Origin: Candidatus Sericytochromatia bacterium
GTDB taxonomy: Bacteria; Cyanobacteriota; Sericytochromatia; S15B-MN24; JAQBPE01
Assembly (NCBI GenBank): GCA_040400605.1
Contig: JBBAPZ010000002.1
Span: 33,476-97,475 of the forward strand
Length of the DNA stretch: 64,000 nucleotides
Reading direction: 5' to 3'
The position numbers and the translations under genes are program-made. Positions 17,895 through 28,245 of the stretch are shown here, piece after piece (position 1 is the first letter of the stretch; each line of letters starts with the position of its first letter). The notes below the pieces were generated by a model. That model did not search any database, had not been told where the DNA came from, and worked only from the letters and a program-made list of their open reading frames with translations.

Positions 17895-18499
17895 TGAATG
17901 GTTGTAACGACTGTTACGACGCGGAAAGTGGCCAGGCGATGGTCGAGTTTGCGTTGATGGTGCCTTTGCTGGTGGTTTTGTTGGTGGGCGTGGTGGGTGT
18001 GGGTGTGGCGCTCATCCAGGCGCAGCAGTTAAGCGTGGCGGCGCGTCACGTGGCACGCCAGACGGCGCTTGGGATGGTGGAGCAGTCCTTAAAAAAGGGC
18101 GGGGCCGCCTCCAGTGTGCAGGTGCTTGCCAGTCGCAGTTTGGCGCAAAGCGGGGCGCGGGAGTCAGGAGCCCGTATGGTGGGTGTGCGTTGGCAGTCGT
18201 TGGGAGGCGGTGGTGGTTTTCGTGCGATCGACGGCCATCGCGCGGCGCTTGTCATCAGCAAGCCTGGTGGCATCAGCGTTGGGCGCGGTGGGCGGCGCGG
18301 TGCGGGGATCGGGGTCTTGTACGTGGGTGTGGGTTTGGAAAGGGAGCAAGCGGGGGGCACGCGTCTGCTCAATATCGGTGCCAGCGCGGTGATGCCACTT
18401 GAATTGCCTTTGACGGGCACGCGGGAGATGCCGGGGGTGATGGATGCCAACCCGTGGATTCGCGCCATCGTCAACGATAAACTTGATACCCGTTTATGA
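17891..18499 (+). CDS. TadE-like minor pilin
   Basis: ESGQAMVEFALMVP...AARHVAR; ATG 17891 overlaps the upstream stop. Confidence 0.8.
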   Translation: MMNGCNDCYDAESGQAMVEFALMVPLLVVLLVGVVGVGVALIQAQQLSVAARHVARQTALGMVEQSLKKGGAASSVQVLASRSLAQSGARESGARMVGVRWQSLGGGGGFRAIDGHRAALVISKPGGISVGRGGRRGAGIGVLYVGVGLEREQAGGTRLLNIGASAVMPLELPLTGTREMPGVMDANPWIRAIVNDKLDTRL

Positions 18500-18894
18500 T
18501 GTCAGGCCGAACGGTGATGCTAATGGGGCTGATTTGGGGGCAGTGGATCGCAACGGTTGAGGCGCGTGAAATCTTGACCCATTTTCCAGCCTATCCCGGG
18601 TCTGAGCGCCCGCTGCCTGGTTGGGAGGATTCTCGGTTGGCGATCGCCCGCACTTTAGACAAGCCGGAGGCTGTGATCACCTATTATAGAAACAGGTTAA
18701 CCCAACAGGGTTGGCGTGTGGATCGATTCGAATGGCAGGAATCCTTGCAGGCCGCGCGCTCCCACCAACCGGCATGGCTGGTTTTTGAGCGTCCGGGTGA
18801 GGGACGTCTGGATTTGCAAGTGGTGCCTTATCGAGATGAAAAAACCCGTCAATATTCCTGTTGGATTTATTATCAATCCCGACGTTTGCTGTGA
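18496..18894 (+). CDS. Hypothetical exported protein in the tad locus
   Basis: Signal-like N-terminus, FPAYPGS and VITYYRNRLTQQGW; coupled to the upstream gene. Confidence 0.6.
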   Translation: MMSGRTVMLMGLIWGQWIATVEAREILTHFPAYPGSERPLPGWEDSRLAIARTLDKPEAVITYYRNRLTQQGWRVDRFEWQESLQAARSHQPAWLVFERPGEGRLDLQVVPYRDEKTRQYSCWIYYQSRRLL

Positions 18895-18924
18895 ATGCGA
18901 CCAAACAGTTTAAGGAGTCTATCG

Positions 18925-19998
18925 GTGAATTTGCGAGACCGTTTACGCGAACGTTCAGAAGACAACGCAGACAATGAGACGGACAAGCCAGAACCCGTGC
19001 GGGAAGCCAGGCGTGATTCCGCCAGACGTCCGGGATTGGATGTTAATCGTCGATTCCTGGTTTTGGCGGGCGTGACGGCGTTTATCACGGCCCTGATGGC
19101 TGCGTGGTACCTGCAGAAGCAGGGAGCAGGCCTCCAGGAGGGGGGCACAAAAATTGAGGTGATTGTACTGGCTGAAGAAGTGAAGGCGGGGCAGGCGTTG
19201 AACACCGATCGCCTGGGTACTGCGCTGATTCCCAAGGCCTATTTACCGGAAGGCTATCTCACCGAGATGGCCAAGGTGGAAGGGAAGGTTGCGATCGCTC
19301 CGATGGTGAGGGGCGAACCTGTGATCGAAAAACGGATCAGCGCCCCCAATCCCGCACTTGGCATCGCTTATCTGCTCAAATCGGGTGAACGCGCCAAAAC
19401 CATCACGGTGGACGCTGCCTCCGGTGTTGCTGGTTTGCTACGACCCGGAAACGATGTCGATCTGCTTGCAACGATTCCTGACCCCAATCAGGATGGACGC
19501 CGCATCAGTACGCCCGTTGCTCAAAAAGCGCGGGTCATCGCGGTTGGCAAACACCTCTATGGCGAAGTGCCCCGTCTCGACGAGAACGGTGAACCCATCA
19601 GTGATGACACCAGTGGGGGCATCTCGTCAGACAGCACGGTGACCCTGGCATTGCCGGCCAGCAAGATTGGCCTGATTTCACTGCTGGAAGACCTTGGCAA
19701 TCTCAAAATCGTTTTGCGTGGCGATGGGGAGACTGTTGTCAGTACCACACCATTTTCGGATGATGTCATCATGTCACTGGTCAGCGGTCAGATCCCCACG
19801 CGAGTGACCAAGGTAAGAGCCCCGGAAAAACCCGTTAACATCCGGCAAGCCCCCGTGCGCCAGACAGTTACCGCTCGGCCCAGTCGACGCACCGTGGCCG
19901 CACCGGCCAGACAGGCACCGGTTGTTGTGAAACAGGCACCCAAACGACCGGTCAGTCAGCCGGAAGTGATTCGTTTTGGCGGTGCAACGGATCAGTAA
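18925..19998 (+). CDS. cpaB: Flp pilus assembly protein CpaB/RcpC
   Basis: TM, SAF domain, SGVAGLLRPGNDVDL, RVIAVG; GTG 18925 after AAGGAG. Confidence 0.9.
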   Translation: MNLRDRLRERSEDNADNETDKPEPVREARRDSARRPGLDVNRRFLVLAGVTAFITALMAAWYLQKQGAGLQEGGTKIEVIVLAEEVKAGQALNTDRLGTALIPKAYLPEGYLTEMAKVEGKVAIAPMVRGEPVIEKRISAPNPALGIAYLLKSGERAKTITVDAASGVAGLLRPGNDVDLLATIPDPNQDGRRISTPVAQKARVIAVGKHLYGEVPRLDENGEPISDDTSGGISSDSTVTLALPASKIGLISLLEDLGNLKIVLRGDGETVVSTTPFSDDVIMSLVSGQIPTRVTKVRAPEKPVNIRQAPVRQTVTARPSRRTVAAPARQAPVVVKQAPKRPVSQPEVIRFGGATDQ

Positions 19999-20312
19999 CA
20001 TCAGGCATTCACGGGCTGTCATTCAAAAACAGCCCAAACCTGATCACCAGTCACCAGGCATTCGACAGTTTGCGGCGAGAAATCCTGGAAACCAAGTCAT
20101 CGTCTTACCCGTTAGACATATGCGATCGATCAAACGATCTGGTTCAGCTTGCAGGCGAGGCGTCCTGAATCAGGTATCCGAAGGGTGTTTCAAGCACTTT
20201 GTGCTTTTATGGGATGGCGAATGCGCGATTCCTCTTTTCTGGGTGATGCGTGTGAGTTTTTGGGATGTCGCCCGCCTGGCAGCGTTGGTGCTGCCATGAT
20301 TGGATACTGCCC

Positions 20313-20337
20313 GTAACAAGGGCCTCGTTTCGGGTAT
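20313..20337 (+). promoter_or_regulatory. Candidate internal SigB/SigF-type promoter for cpaC (GTAACA-N13-GGGTAT)
   Basis: About 40 nt upstream of the cpaC start; matches the recurring motif. Confidence 0.45.
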
Positions 20338-20377
20338 AAGCCAATCACGTTATGCATGAATTGAAACGAGGCGCATC

Positions 20378-21418
20378 GTGTTGACCCGGTCTGGAATGCT
20401 TCACCTGCTGGTTGCCGCCAGTGCGTGTCAGCTGTTTATCAGTGAGCCGGCTGCGGCCCAAAGTCCTGATATCGTGGTTCCTTTGGGCACGACGTTGTTG
20501 CTGACCATCCCGGATGGTGTTGAGCGGATTGTTGTCGGAGATTCCAGTATCGCAGACGTCGTGGTGGTCAGTGGTTCCGGTAACCGCGAAATTCTGGTTA
20601 ACGGCAAAAAAAATGGCTTCACCAATTTCTATGTTTGGCCCAATCGGGGGCCTGCCAGGCCTTATCGGCTGGAGGTGGCATCGAACCCACGCAACGAGTC
20701 GGTTGCCGTGCGGGTACAGGTGATAGAAGCGACTGAGCGTCGGAATGGTGCTGCCGGCATTCGTTGGAATGATGTGGTGGGTTTTAGTGAAGCATCGCCC
20801 AATGCGCCGTTTCGCTTTGGTTTGCCGATTCGCAACGATGTGTTGAAGGCGACTTTGCAGACTTTGGCGGTGGATCGCGACATCAATGTGCTGGCGGCGC
20901 CCACTTTGGTAATCCAAAACGGCAAAAAAGGGTCGTTTTTGGCAGGGGGCGAGGTGCCAGTGCCCTTGATGCAAACCACAGGTGGGGGTGTTGCTTATAC
21001 GGTTGAGTGGAAACAGTTTGGCGTGAAACTGGATGTGGAACCGCGGTTGGAGGGCGCAAACGATATCGTGCTGCGGCTGAAGCCGGAGGTATCCAGTGTG
21101 GATGCGGAAAATGCGATACAGTTGCGTGATTTGTCCGTGCCCGGTTTTTCGACGCGTTCAGCCGAAACGACAGTAACCTTGCGTGAGGGGGAGTCTTTGG
21201 TTTTGGCGGGTTTGTTGCGCAAGGATCGCATCAAGACGATTAGCAAGTTGCCTGTATTGGGTGACATTCCATTGTTGGGCAATCTGTTTGGTAGCACCCA
21301 GTATGACGAACGCGCCAGTGAACTGGTTTTTATCGTTACCCCGTCGGTGGTGACGCGAAACCCGGTGTTGCCTGAATCCGAGTATGGCAAGGGTCGCCCG
21401 GGGCAGCGCAGCAAATGA
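20378..21418 (+). CDS. cpaC: Tad secretin CpaC/RcpA
   Basis: N-terminal [12 protein letters not shown]; secretin motifs [39 protein letters not shown]. Confidence 0.92.
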   Translation: MLTRSGMLHLLVAASACQLFISEPAAAQSPDIVVPLGTTLLLTIPDGVERIVVGDSSIADVVVVSGSGNREILVNGKKNGFTNFYVWPNRGPARPYRLEVASNPRNESVAVRVQVIEATERRNGAAGIRWNDVVGFSEASPNAPFRFGLPIRNDVLKATLQTLAVDRDINVLAAPTLVIQNGKKGSFLAGGEVPVPLMQTTGGGVAYTVEWKQFGVKLDVEPRLEGANDIVLRLKPEVSSVDAENAIQLRDLSVPGFSTRSAETTVTLREGESLVLAGLLRKDRIKTISKLPVLGDIPLLGNLFGSTQYDERASELVFIVTPSVVTRNPVLPESEYGKGRPGQRSK

Positions 21419-23601
21419 CACGGATTCTCACCCGGTTGGTGACGATTTTTGGTGCCAAAGGGGGCTTGGGGCGGTCAACCTTGGCTGCCAATCTGGGCTT
21501 GGCGCTTGCCAATCAAGGGGCGCAGCGGGTCGCGTTGGTGGATCTGGATTGGCTGGCCGGTGGCACATTGGCGTCACAATTGGACCTCGAACCGTGTCCG
21601 CATCACTGGGGGGACTGGGTCAACGATCACGCGACGCTTGAGCAGGTTTTGATCAAGCATGGGAGTGGGGTGCGGCTGTTGCCGGCGCCGCCCGCTGGCG
21701 AAGCGGTCATTCCTGCCGCTTACATCGTGGCCTTGTTGAATCAACTCGCTGCGGAACATTCAACCATCGTGGTGGACACATGTTGGCCGCATATCAGCCC
21801 GTTAATGTTGCCTTTGTTTGATCTCGCCAGTGTGATTCTGGTTGTGACCACACCCGAGATTCACAGCTTGCAGGCCACGAAGGATTTGCTCGATCGTGCG
21901 CGGGATTTGCATTTTCCGACCGATCGGCTGCAAATCATCTTGAATCGTGACGGCGTCACAGCCGATATCGGTGCCAAAGATGTCGAAAATACGCTCAAAC
22001 GCCCGCTTTGGGCGCGCATTCCCTATGACAAGGCCGTCGTGACGGCTTTAAACCGGGGGATCCCGCTTTATCAAGGCGTGCCCCAGCATGTCGTTTCGAA
22101 GGCGGTCAAGGCGGTTGCTGAACGGGTGATGGGCTTGGCACCAATCGACCTGTCAAGCCGTGGCCAGACGTATCTGACGCAAGCCGCGCAAGAAGCGGCC
22201 CGTCCCTTTCCGACCGCCTTGCGTGAGACTGATTTGCCTGAGGTGCCGCTCGATACGTCGCCAAGCCCGTTCACGGAGCCGCAGGCGTTGCAGGTTGTTG
22301 CAACCGATACGGAGCAATTGCGATTGTACAGGTTGCAGATTCTCGACAAACTCGTTGAACAGATGAAGCTGGAAGATATCCCGTTCGAGCGTTTGGCGGA
22401 TGATCCAAATTTCAAGGATTTGTTGCGTGAGCAGGTTGCAGAGCGTGCCAACCGCTTGTTAGACGAGCTGAATTTGAATTTGGCGACACGGGCGGAGCGT
22501 TTGCGTCTGGTGCTGGATGTGGCCAATGAGGCGATTGGCTATGGCCCACTGGAAGGTTTTTTGGCAGATGACAGTGTCAGTGAAATTATGGTCAATGGTC
22601 CCAATCAGATTTTTGTTGAGCAAAAGGGTCGCTTGACATTGACGGATCGCAGCTTCACGGACGAGAAGCAGTTGCGGGTGGTGATTGATCGTATCGTCGC
22701 TCCCATCGGCCGACGGGTGGATGAATCATCGCCCATGTGTGATGCACGCTTGCCGGATGGTTCCCGCGTCAACGTCGTCATTGCGCCGTTGGCCCTTAAC
22801 GGTTCGACCCTCACCATCCGCAAATTCTCCCGCAAGCGCTTGGCCATCGCGGATTTGGTCGGTTTTCAGTCCATGACTGCCGAAATGGCCGAGTTTTTGG
22901 AAGCCTGCGTGTTGGCCAAGTTAAACATTTTTATCTCCGGTGGCACGGGTTCAGGTAAAACGACGCTGCTTAATGTCTTGAGTGGGTTCATTCCCAGTGA
23001 CGAGCGCATTGTTACGATTGAAGATGCGGCGGAACTGCGTTTGCATCAAAATCATGTCATCAGCCTTGAAGCGCGCCCACCCAACATCGAAGGAACTGGG
23101 GCCGTATCGATCCGTGAATTGGTCCGCAACAGTTTGCGCATGCGGCCGGATCGCATCATCGTGGGCGAAGTGCGGGGTGGGGAGGCCCTGGATATGCTCC
23201 AAGCGATGAACACGGGGCACGATGGCTCGTTGGCCACAGGACACGCCAATACGCCGCGTGATGCCTTGGCGAGACTTGAAACCATGGTGCTGATGGCAGG
23301 CATGGATTTGCCTGTGCGGGCCATCCGAGAGCAGATTGCCTCCGCAATTCACGTGATTGTGCAACAGTCCCGCTTGTCGGATGGCAGTCGCAAGGTGGTT
23401 GGCATCACGGAGGTAACAGGCATGGAGGGTGACATTATCACCTTGCAGGACCTGTTTGAGTATAAGCAGACGGGTCGTAATCTGGCGCGGGTTGAGGGCA
23501 AATTCCACTCGCTTGGCATGCGGCCGCATTACCTGGACCAAATGATGAGCATGGGGCTTTCATTGCCGCCGACCTTGTTTGTCCGTGGGGACCTCACGTG
23601 A
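21415..23601 (+). CDS. Fusion of a CpaE/TadZ (MinD-like) domain and the CpaF/TadA pilus ATPase
   Basis: N-terminal [10 protein letters not shown] and VALVDLD; C-terminal [32 protein letters not shown]. Confidence 0.92.
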   Translation: MTRILTRLVTIFGAKGGLGRSTLAANLGLALANQGAQRVALVDLDWLAGGTLASQLDLEPCPHHWGDWVNDHATLEQVLIKHGSGVRLLPAPPAGEAVIPAAYIVALLNQLAAEHSTIVVDTCWPHISPLMLPLFDLASVILVVTTPEIHSLQATKDLLDRARDLHFPTDRLQIILNRDGVTADIGAKDVENTLKRPLWARIPYDKAVVTALNRGIPLYQGVPQHVVSKAVKAVAERVMGLAPIDLSSRGQTYLTQAAQEAARPFPTALRETDLPEVPLDTSPSPFTEPQALQVVATDTEQLRLYRLQILDKLVEQMKLEDIPFERLADDPNFKDLLREQVAERANRLLDELNLNLATRAERLRLVLDVANEAIGYGPLEGFLADDSVSEIMVNGPNQIFVEQKGRLTLTDRSFTDEKQLRVVIDRIVAPIGRRVDESSPMCDARLPDGSRVNVVIAPLALNGSTLTIRKFSRKRLAIADLVGFQSMTAEMAEFLEACVLAKLNIFISGGTGSGKTTLLNVLSGFIPSDERIVTIEDAAELRLHQNHVISLEARPPNIEGTGAVSIRELVRNSLRMRPDRIIVGEVRGGEALDMLQAMNTGHDGSLATGHANTPRDALARLETMVLMAGMDLPVRAIREQIASAIHVIVQQSRLSDGSRKVVGITEVTGMEGDIITLQDLFEYKQTGRNLARVEGKFHSLGMRPHYLDQMMSMGLSLPPTLFVRGDLT

Positions 23602-24482
23602 ATTTTTTGGCCTATTTCGTGATGCTCTTTGTCGGCATCCTCGCATTGATGTATGCCGGTTTTTGGTTGGTCACGCGACGGCCGGTTGACTTGGATACCG
23701 ACATCGTGGAACCGCAAATCGATGCTGCACAGGTGGAACTGGAAAAACGCCTTCGCCAGGCAGGGCTTGCATTCACGCCGTCTGAATTTGATAAACGGGC
23801 TCGGCTGGTGGCTTTGGGTGTGGGTTGTCTTGGTTTTGCGATGGGTGGTTTTGGTTTTGGGGGTATTGTTTTTGGCTGTGCTTTGGCGGTGACGCTGTGG
23901 TACTTGCGGGGACGCTACCTCGATTTGAGCATCAAGCGCCGCGCCGCGCTCTTTGATGATCAATTGTGTGATGCCCTTGGAATGATGGCCAATGGTGTTA
24001 AAAGTGGTCAAAGTTTGCTTCAGACGTTTGAGCTGATTGCAACGGATTTCCAGCATCCGTTGCGGGGTGAAATGAATGAGGTGTTGCAGGAAGTTCGGAT
24101 GGGCGTTCCGCTTGATACTGCCCTCGGTAACTGGGTTCGACGTATCCCGAGTGAGGATCTTGAGATTGCCACGACGGCGATGATCATTCAGCGCCAGACG
24201 GGTGGTAACATTGCCGAGGTCCTTGATACCGTGGCTACCACCATTCGGGCGCGCAACAAGCTTTTTAAGCAGATCCGCGCATTGACCGCCCAAGGTCGCG
24301 CCAGCGGTTGGGTGATGGCTTTTTTACCGGTCGGGTTGTTTTTGGTCCTCTATGTCATCGCACCGGCACGCACGGGTTTGTTGATTTCACACCCGCTGGG
24401 CCTGCTTGGCAGCACCTTGGGTGCCCTGAGCATCGGTTTTGGCGCTTACACCATTTCACGAATCGTCACGATTGATGTGTGA
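23598..24482 (+). CDS. tadB: TadB platform protein
   Basis: [25 protein letters not shown]; follows tadA. Confidence 0.9.
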   Translation: MNFLAYFVMLFVGILALMYAGFWLVTRRPVDLDTDIVEPQIDAAQVELEKRLRQAGLAFTPSEFDKRARLVALGVGCLGFAMGGFGFGGIVFGCALAVTLWYLRGRYLDLSIKRRAALFDDQLCDALGMMANGVKSGQSLLQTFELIATDFQHPLRGEMNEVLQEVRMGVPLDTALGNWVRRIPSEDLEIATTAMIIQRQTGGNIAEVLDTVATTIRARNKLFKQIRALTAQGRASGWVMAFLPVGLFLVLYVIAPARTGLLISHPLGLLGSTLGALSIGFGAYTISRIVTIDV

Positions 24483-24491
24483 GGCCTTGTT

Positions 24492-25433
24492 ATGGTGTAT
24501 CTGATCGCGATTTTGTGTTTCGTTAGCGTGGCTTTGTTGCTTTTGGCGATCGCCAAGCCGCAACAGGTCGAAGATGTGCAGGATCGCCTGAAACGCCTGA
24601 ATCAAAGCCCAAGTGAAACAGCAACCCTCAACCCAACCCTTTCCAGGTCCGAAAACCAGGAACCAGCCGATGCCGGCTTGCAGCGCCTGAAACAACAGGT
24701 GGGCGACGCATTGGAACCCTTTGCCCGGCGCTCGTTAACGCCTGAGCAAGTCGATGCCTATCAGGAACGACTTGCCAAAGCGGGTTTATACGGGGAAGTG
24801 CCGATTGCCTGGCGTGTCAAGCAATTTCTTGGTGCCTGTCTCGGAGCGACCATCGCGACGATTCTGAGTATCGGACTGGCGGATGCACGCTTTGGGATTT
24901 GGCTGCCGGCGGTTGTCATCGCAGGCGGCATCGGGTATCTGTATCCCGTTTGGCAGTTACGTACCTTGGCCGCCAGTCGCCAAAAAGCGATTTTGCGACA
25001 GTTGCCATCCACGCTGGATTTGCTCACCATCAGCGTCGAAGCCGGGCTGTCACTACAGGCCGCCATGGTCAAGGTCGTCGACAAAGGCCGACCATCACCA
25101 CTCAAAGATGAGTTCGAACAGGCCTTGCGCGAGATTCAGTTGGGACGGCCGCGCGCGGAGGCCTTGCGTACGCTTGGTCGTCGCATCGACATCAAGGAGG
25201 TCCATTCCGTCGTCCTGGCCATGATTCAGGCTGAATCGATGGGCACGTCGATCGGCAAGGCCTTGCGCACTCAGGCAGAGATTGCACGCGAAAATCGGTG
25301 GTCCAGGGCGCAGGAATTGGCCTTTCAGGCACCGGTCAAGCTAACCTTTCCATTGGTTTTATTCATCTTTCCACCGGTCTTTTGGGTTATCTTGGGACCT
25401 GTTATCCTTGAACTGCTCAGCAACATGAAATAG
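24492..25433 (+). CDS. tadC: TadC platform protein
   Basis: LPSTLDLLTISVEAGLS, APVKLTFPLVLFIFP. Confidence 0.9.
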   Translation: MVYLIAILCFVSVALLLLAIAKPQQVEDVQDRLKRLNQSPSETATLNPTLSRSENQEPADAGLQRLKQQVGDALEPFARRSLTPEQVDAYQERLAKAGLYGEVPIAWRVKQFLGACLGATIATILSIGLADARFGIWLPAVVIAGGIGYLYPVWQLRTLAASRQKAILRQLPSTLDLLTISVEAGLSLQAAMVKVVDKGRPSPLKDEFEQALREIQLGRPRAEALRTLGRRIDIKEVHSVVLAMIQAESMGTSIGKALRTQAEIARENRWSRAQELAFQAPVKLTFPLVLFIFPPVFWVILGPVILELLSNMK

Positions 25434-25456
25434 TCGCCCAGGCTATCATCAGGAGA

Positions 25457-26476
25457 ATGCCGATGCCTTTGCAAGCACCCCCCGCGATCGTGCAAACCCA
25501 GCCACAGCGTCCACCGTTTCGTCTGGAACTGCCACCGACACGCGCGCAGCGGGCGATCGCACGCGTGCGGGAATCCATCGCAACCGAAACGCACAACGGC
25601 ATCCAAAGAGGCGCGCAAACCCGCATTCACGTTCATCCAGAGGGCACCGCCAAAGGTACTGTCGTGATGTACCACGGCTTTACGGCCGGTACCTGGCAAT
25701 TCGACCTGCTCGCACCGCTGGTGCATCAAGCCGGTTACCATGTGTATGTACCGCGCCTCCCGGGACATGGACAAACCGATACCCACGGCATCGAAAGTCC
25801 CCAAGGCCTGCCAGATGGCACCAATTGGGAACGCTACACCCAGTTTGCGGATCAAAGCTTCCAAGACGCCGCAGACCTCGGCGGGCCGGTCTCCGTTCTC
25901 GGTCTTTCCGTGGGCGGAAACGTTGCAGCTTGGGTCGCCGAACGACACCCCACCGTGCAAAAAACCATTATCTACGCCCCCTTTCTCCAACACGAACATA
26001 CGACGGCCCAAGGCATTTTCAATGTCGTCCACCAGATGGACACGCTCACCAATCGCCATTTCGGAATGCTGTTAGGTAACCTGACACACAGCTGGGGCGA
26101 AGAATGCCGCCAAATGGCCGCAAATGGCACCCGACCGGGTCACTCCTGGTTCTATCTGGTCCAAGCCTATGGCGCCACCGAGTTGGGGCGTCGCGTCATC
26201 GCCAATGGCACACGTGCCCAAGCCGCCTTACAGGTTTTTACGACCGATATCGATGACACTGCGGGCTTTGCAGCCATCCGCGACCTGTACAACGCCTGGG
26301 GCAGCCCGCGAAAGTCCTGGTACCGCTACCCCGCCGCTGAAGGCATTCCACATCCGATGATTCACCCCCTGGAGGATCGCGGTCGCAACCACACCCCGTT
26401 GTTATACGCAATGACCCTCGATGCACTCCGAGGGACGCCCATCGAACGCGTAAACACAACATTGGTGCGTCCTTGA
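25457..26476 (+). CDS. Alpha/beta hydrolase (esterase/lipase-like)
   Basis: HGF oxyanion motif, RLPGHG, nucleophile GLSVGG, candidate Asp/His. Confidence 0.8.
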   Translation: MPMPLQAPPAIVQTQPQRPPFRLELPPTRAQRAIARVRESIATETHNGIQRGAQTRIHVHPEGTAKGTVVMYHGFTAGTWQFDLLAPLVHQAGYHVYVPRLPGHGQTDTHGIESPQGLPDGTNWERYTQFADQSFQDAADLGGPVSVLGLSVGGNVAAWVAERHPTVQKTIIYAPFLQHEHTTAQGIFNVVHQMDTLTNRHFGMLLGNLTHSWGEECRQMAANGTRPGHSWFYLVQAYGATELGRRVIANGTRAQAALQVFTTDIDDTAGFAAIRDLYNAWGSPRKSWYRYPAAEGIPHPMIHPLEDRGRNHTPLLYAMTLDALRGTPIERVNTTLVRP

Positions 26477-26555
26477 CGGGCTTGCACCACCATCCACAAA
26501 TCAACAAAACTTATGCATCGTCGCTGACAGTTTGTGACGCACGGTAGACGACACG

Positions 26556-28007
26556 TCAACCCATCACGATTTCGCCATTTAGCTCTGACAAACGCTGAAT
26601 CGGGTTGAAGACGTCAATGTGTTGGAACGCGTGCTCAAAATAGACGTGCAAACCCGGAAACAGCCCATCTCGTGAGTACACAAATGGCGATCGCCCAATA
26701 TGGGTGGGGTTTTCCAGACGTTCGGTCAGTTCGTTTTTTAAGTCGGTCAGACGCAGTTCGAGGAAATCCAACAATTCACGCGTTTTTTCCACCCGCTCTT
26801 TGGGCGCGTTCGGATCACGCTGCAACGCTTGGTAATTTTCTGACACACTGTTGCGCTGCTTGGTATGATTGTCAATCGCACGCTCAAGCTGCTGTATGAC
26901 CTTGCTCTGCGACTGATGTCGCAAGTCGACATGGGTCATCGTGCCTGAAGGCGTTCCGATTTGCTCGGCGGTGACGCTTTCGCCGGCTTGGGCATAGCCG
27001 CCGATCAGCTTTTTACCAACCTTGATCGCCAAACCCGCCGTCAGATTGGCATGCATGGCCGACTCCGCCACAATCAAATTCGACCATGTCGTGATCGTTG
27101 ATGAAGAATCGACGAATCGTACGGTGATCTCGCCACGCGCACTCAACGATGCATTGCGCCTGACCCCCCCCCGGCACGTGATCTTGCCCCCCGCCTCTAA
27201 AGTCGCGCCTTCCACCGTACCGAACACCTCAATATCTTGAGTGGCTTTCACAACAAATCCCGCCAATACATCAGCGCCGATTTTGACCGAGCCTTGAAAA
27301 TCAATGTTTCCCTGAGAGTAATCGACGTTTTTGGGCACCGTAATGAGTGGGAGCATTGACACCCGCCCAGAATCGATGAGCGGCTGCCCATCGATTCCAG
27401 CCACGATGTGCAACCCATCGTCTGTTAAAATCGTATTGAGTCCGTTGCGCAAGTTTACATCTTTGCCCGGTTTGGGGGGGATTACGACACCCCGAACCGT
27501 GCGACCTGGACTCCCTTGGGTAGGCGGGATTTTTGTAACAAGGATTTTACCCTTTTCGATATTTTCAATGATTCCTAATTCTCGGTGATTAACGCGGCCG
27601 TCTTCCAGTTCCAATGGTTGCCCTTGTTTCCGTGCATCTGCTCGAAAAAAATAACGAACACTTGCGTCACTGCCGTGCTCAACTGGAATCCCAACCGCTA
27701 CCATCACCGGTTCCTCACCTGGTTTAGCAGCCACTTCCAAAATGGCCGCCTCATTGATCCCAAAAACAATACCCTCCGCAGACAACGCCTTACGCACCAA
27801 GTCAGGCAAAACCGGTACGGGCGGCATCACCAAGGCGCTCGCGTAAAAATCGTCTTCATCGAGAATAACCTTAACGACAACTGTAAGCTTTGCTAACGCC
27901 GCAGCCTCTGCCGCAGCCTCAGCTGCGAGACGTACTGCATCTGCACTACGCTGTGCTTCATCATCGTTGGATGTCAAAATCGTGTCGTCCGGCAAGCGAT
28001 CGTCCAT
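26556..28007 (-). CDS. DUF342/FapA family protein
   Basis: GIVFGI, VAVGIP..GSDA, DGRVNHRELG, NVDYSQGNIDFQGSV, beta-helix repeats, coiled coil. Confidence 0.85.
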   Translation of the reverse strand: MDDRLPDDTILTSNDDEAQRSADAVRLAAEAAAEAAALAKLTVVVKVILDEDDFYASALVMPPVPVLPDLVRKALSAEGIVFGINEAAILEVAAKPGEEPVMVAVGIPVEHGSDASVRYFFRADARKQGQPLELEDGRVNHRELGIIENIEKGKILVTKIPPTQGSPGRTVRGVVIPPKPGKDVNLRNGLNTILTDDGLHIVAGIDGQPLIDSGRVSMLPLITVPKNVDYSQGNIDFQGSVKIGADVLAGFVVKATQDIEVFGTVEGATLEAGGKITCRGGVRRNASLSARGEITVRFVDSSSTITTWSNLIVAESAMHANLTAGLAIKVGKKLIGGYAQAGESVTAEQIGTPSGTMTHVDLRHQSQSKVIQQLERAIDNHTKQRNSVSENYQALQRDPNAPKERVEKTRELLDFLELRLTDLKNELTERLENPTHIGRSPFVYSRDGLFPGLHVYFEHAFQHIDVFNPIQRLSELNGEIVMG

Positions 28008-28245
28008 GACCCCTTCCCTTTCCAATCAGGCCCCACAAGCACGACGTCAGCCATCGATTTCTCTTCGGCAAATGTATCGCGCAGCAGTAAATTCGAACGT
28101 CACAAGGGTAACCCAAAAGACTTCTGAAGATCAAGGGAGCCAGCCATTCAGTGATCGGATTTTGAGCGATAGAGCTCTGAATCAGAACCACGGTCCAGAC
28201 GGCCATTTCAATCTTCGTTCGCGTCACCACGCGTTCAAAAGCTGC

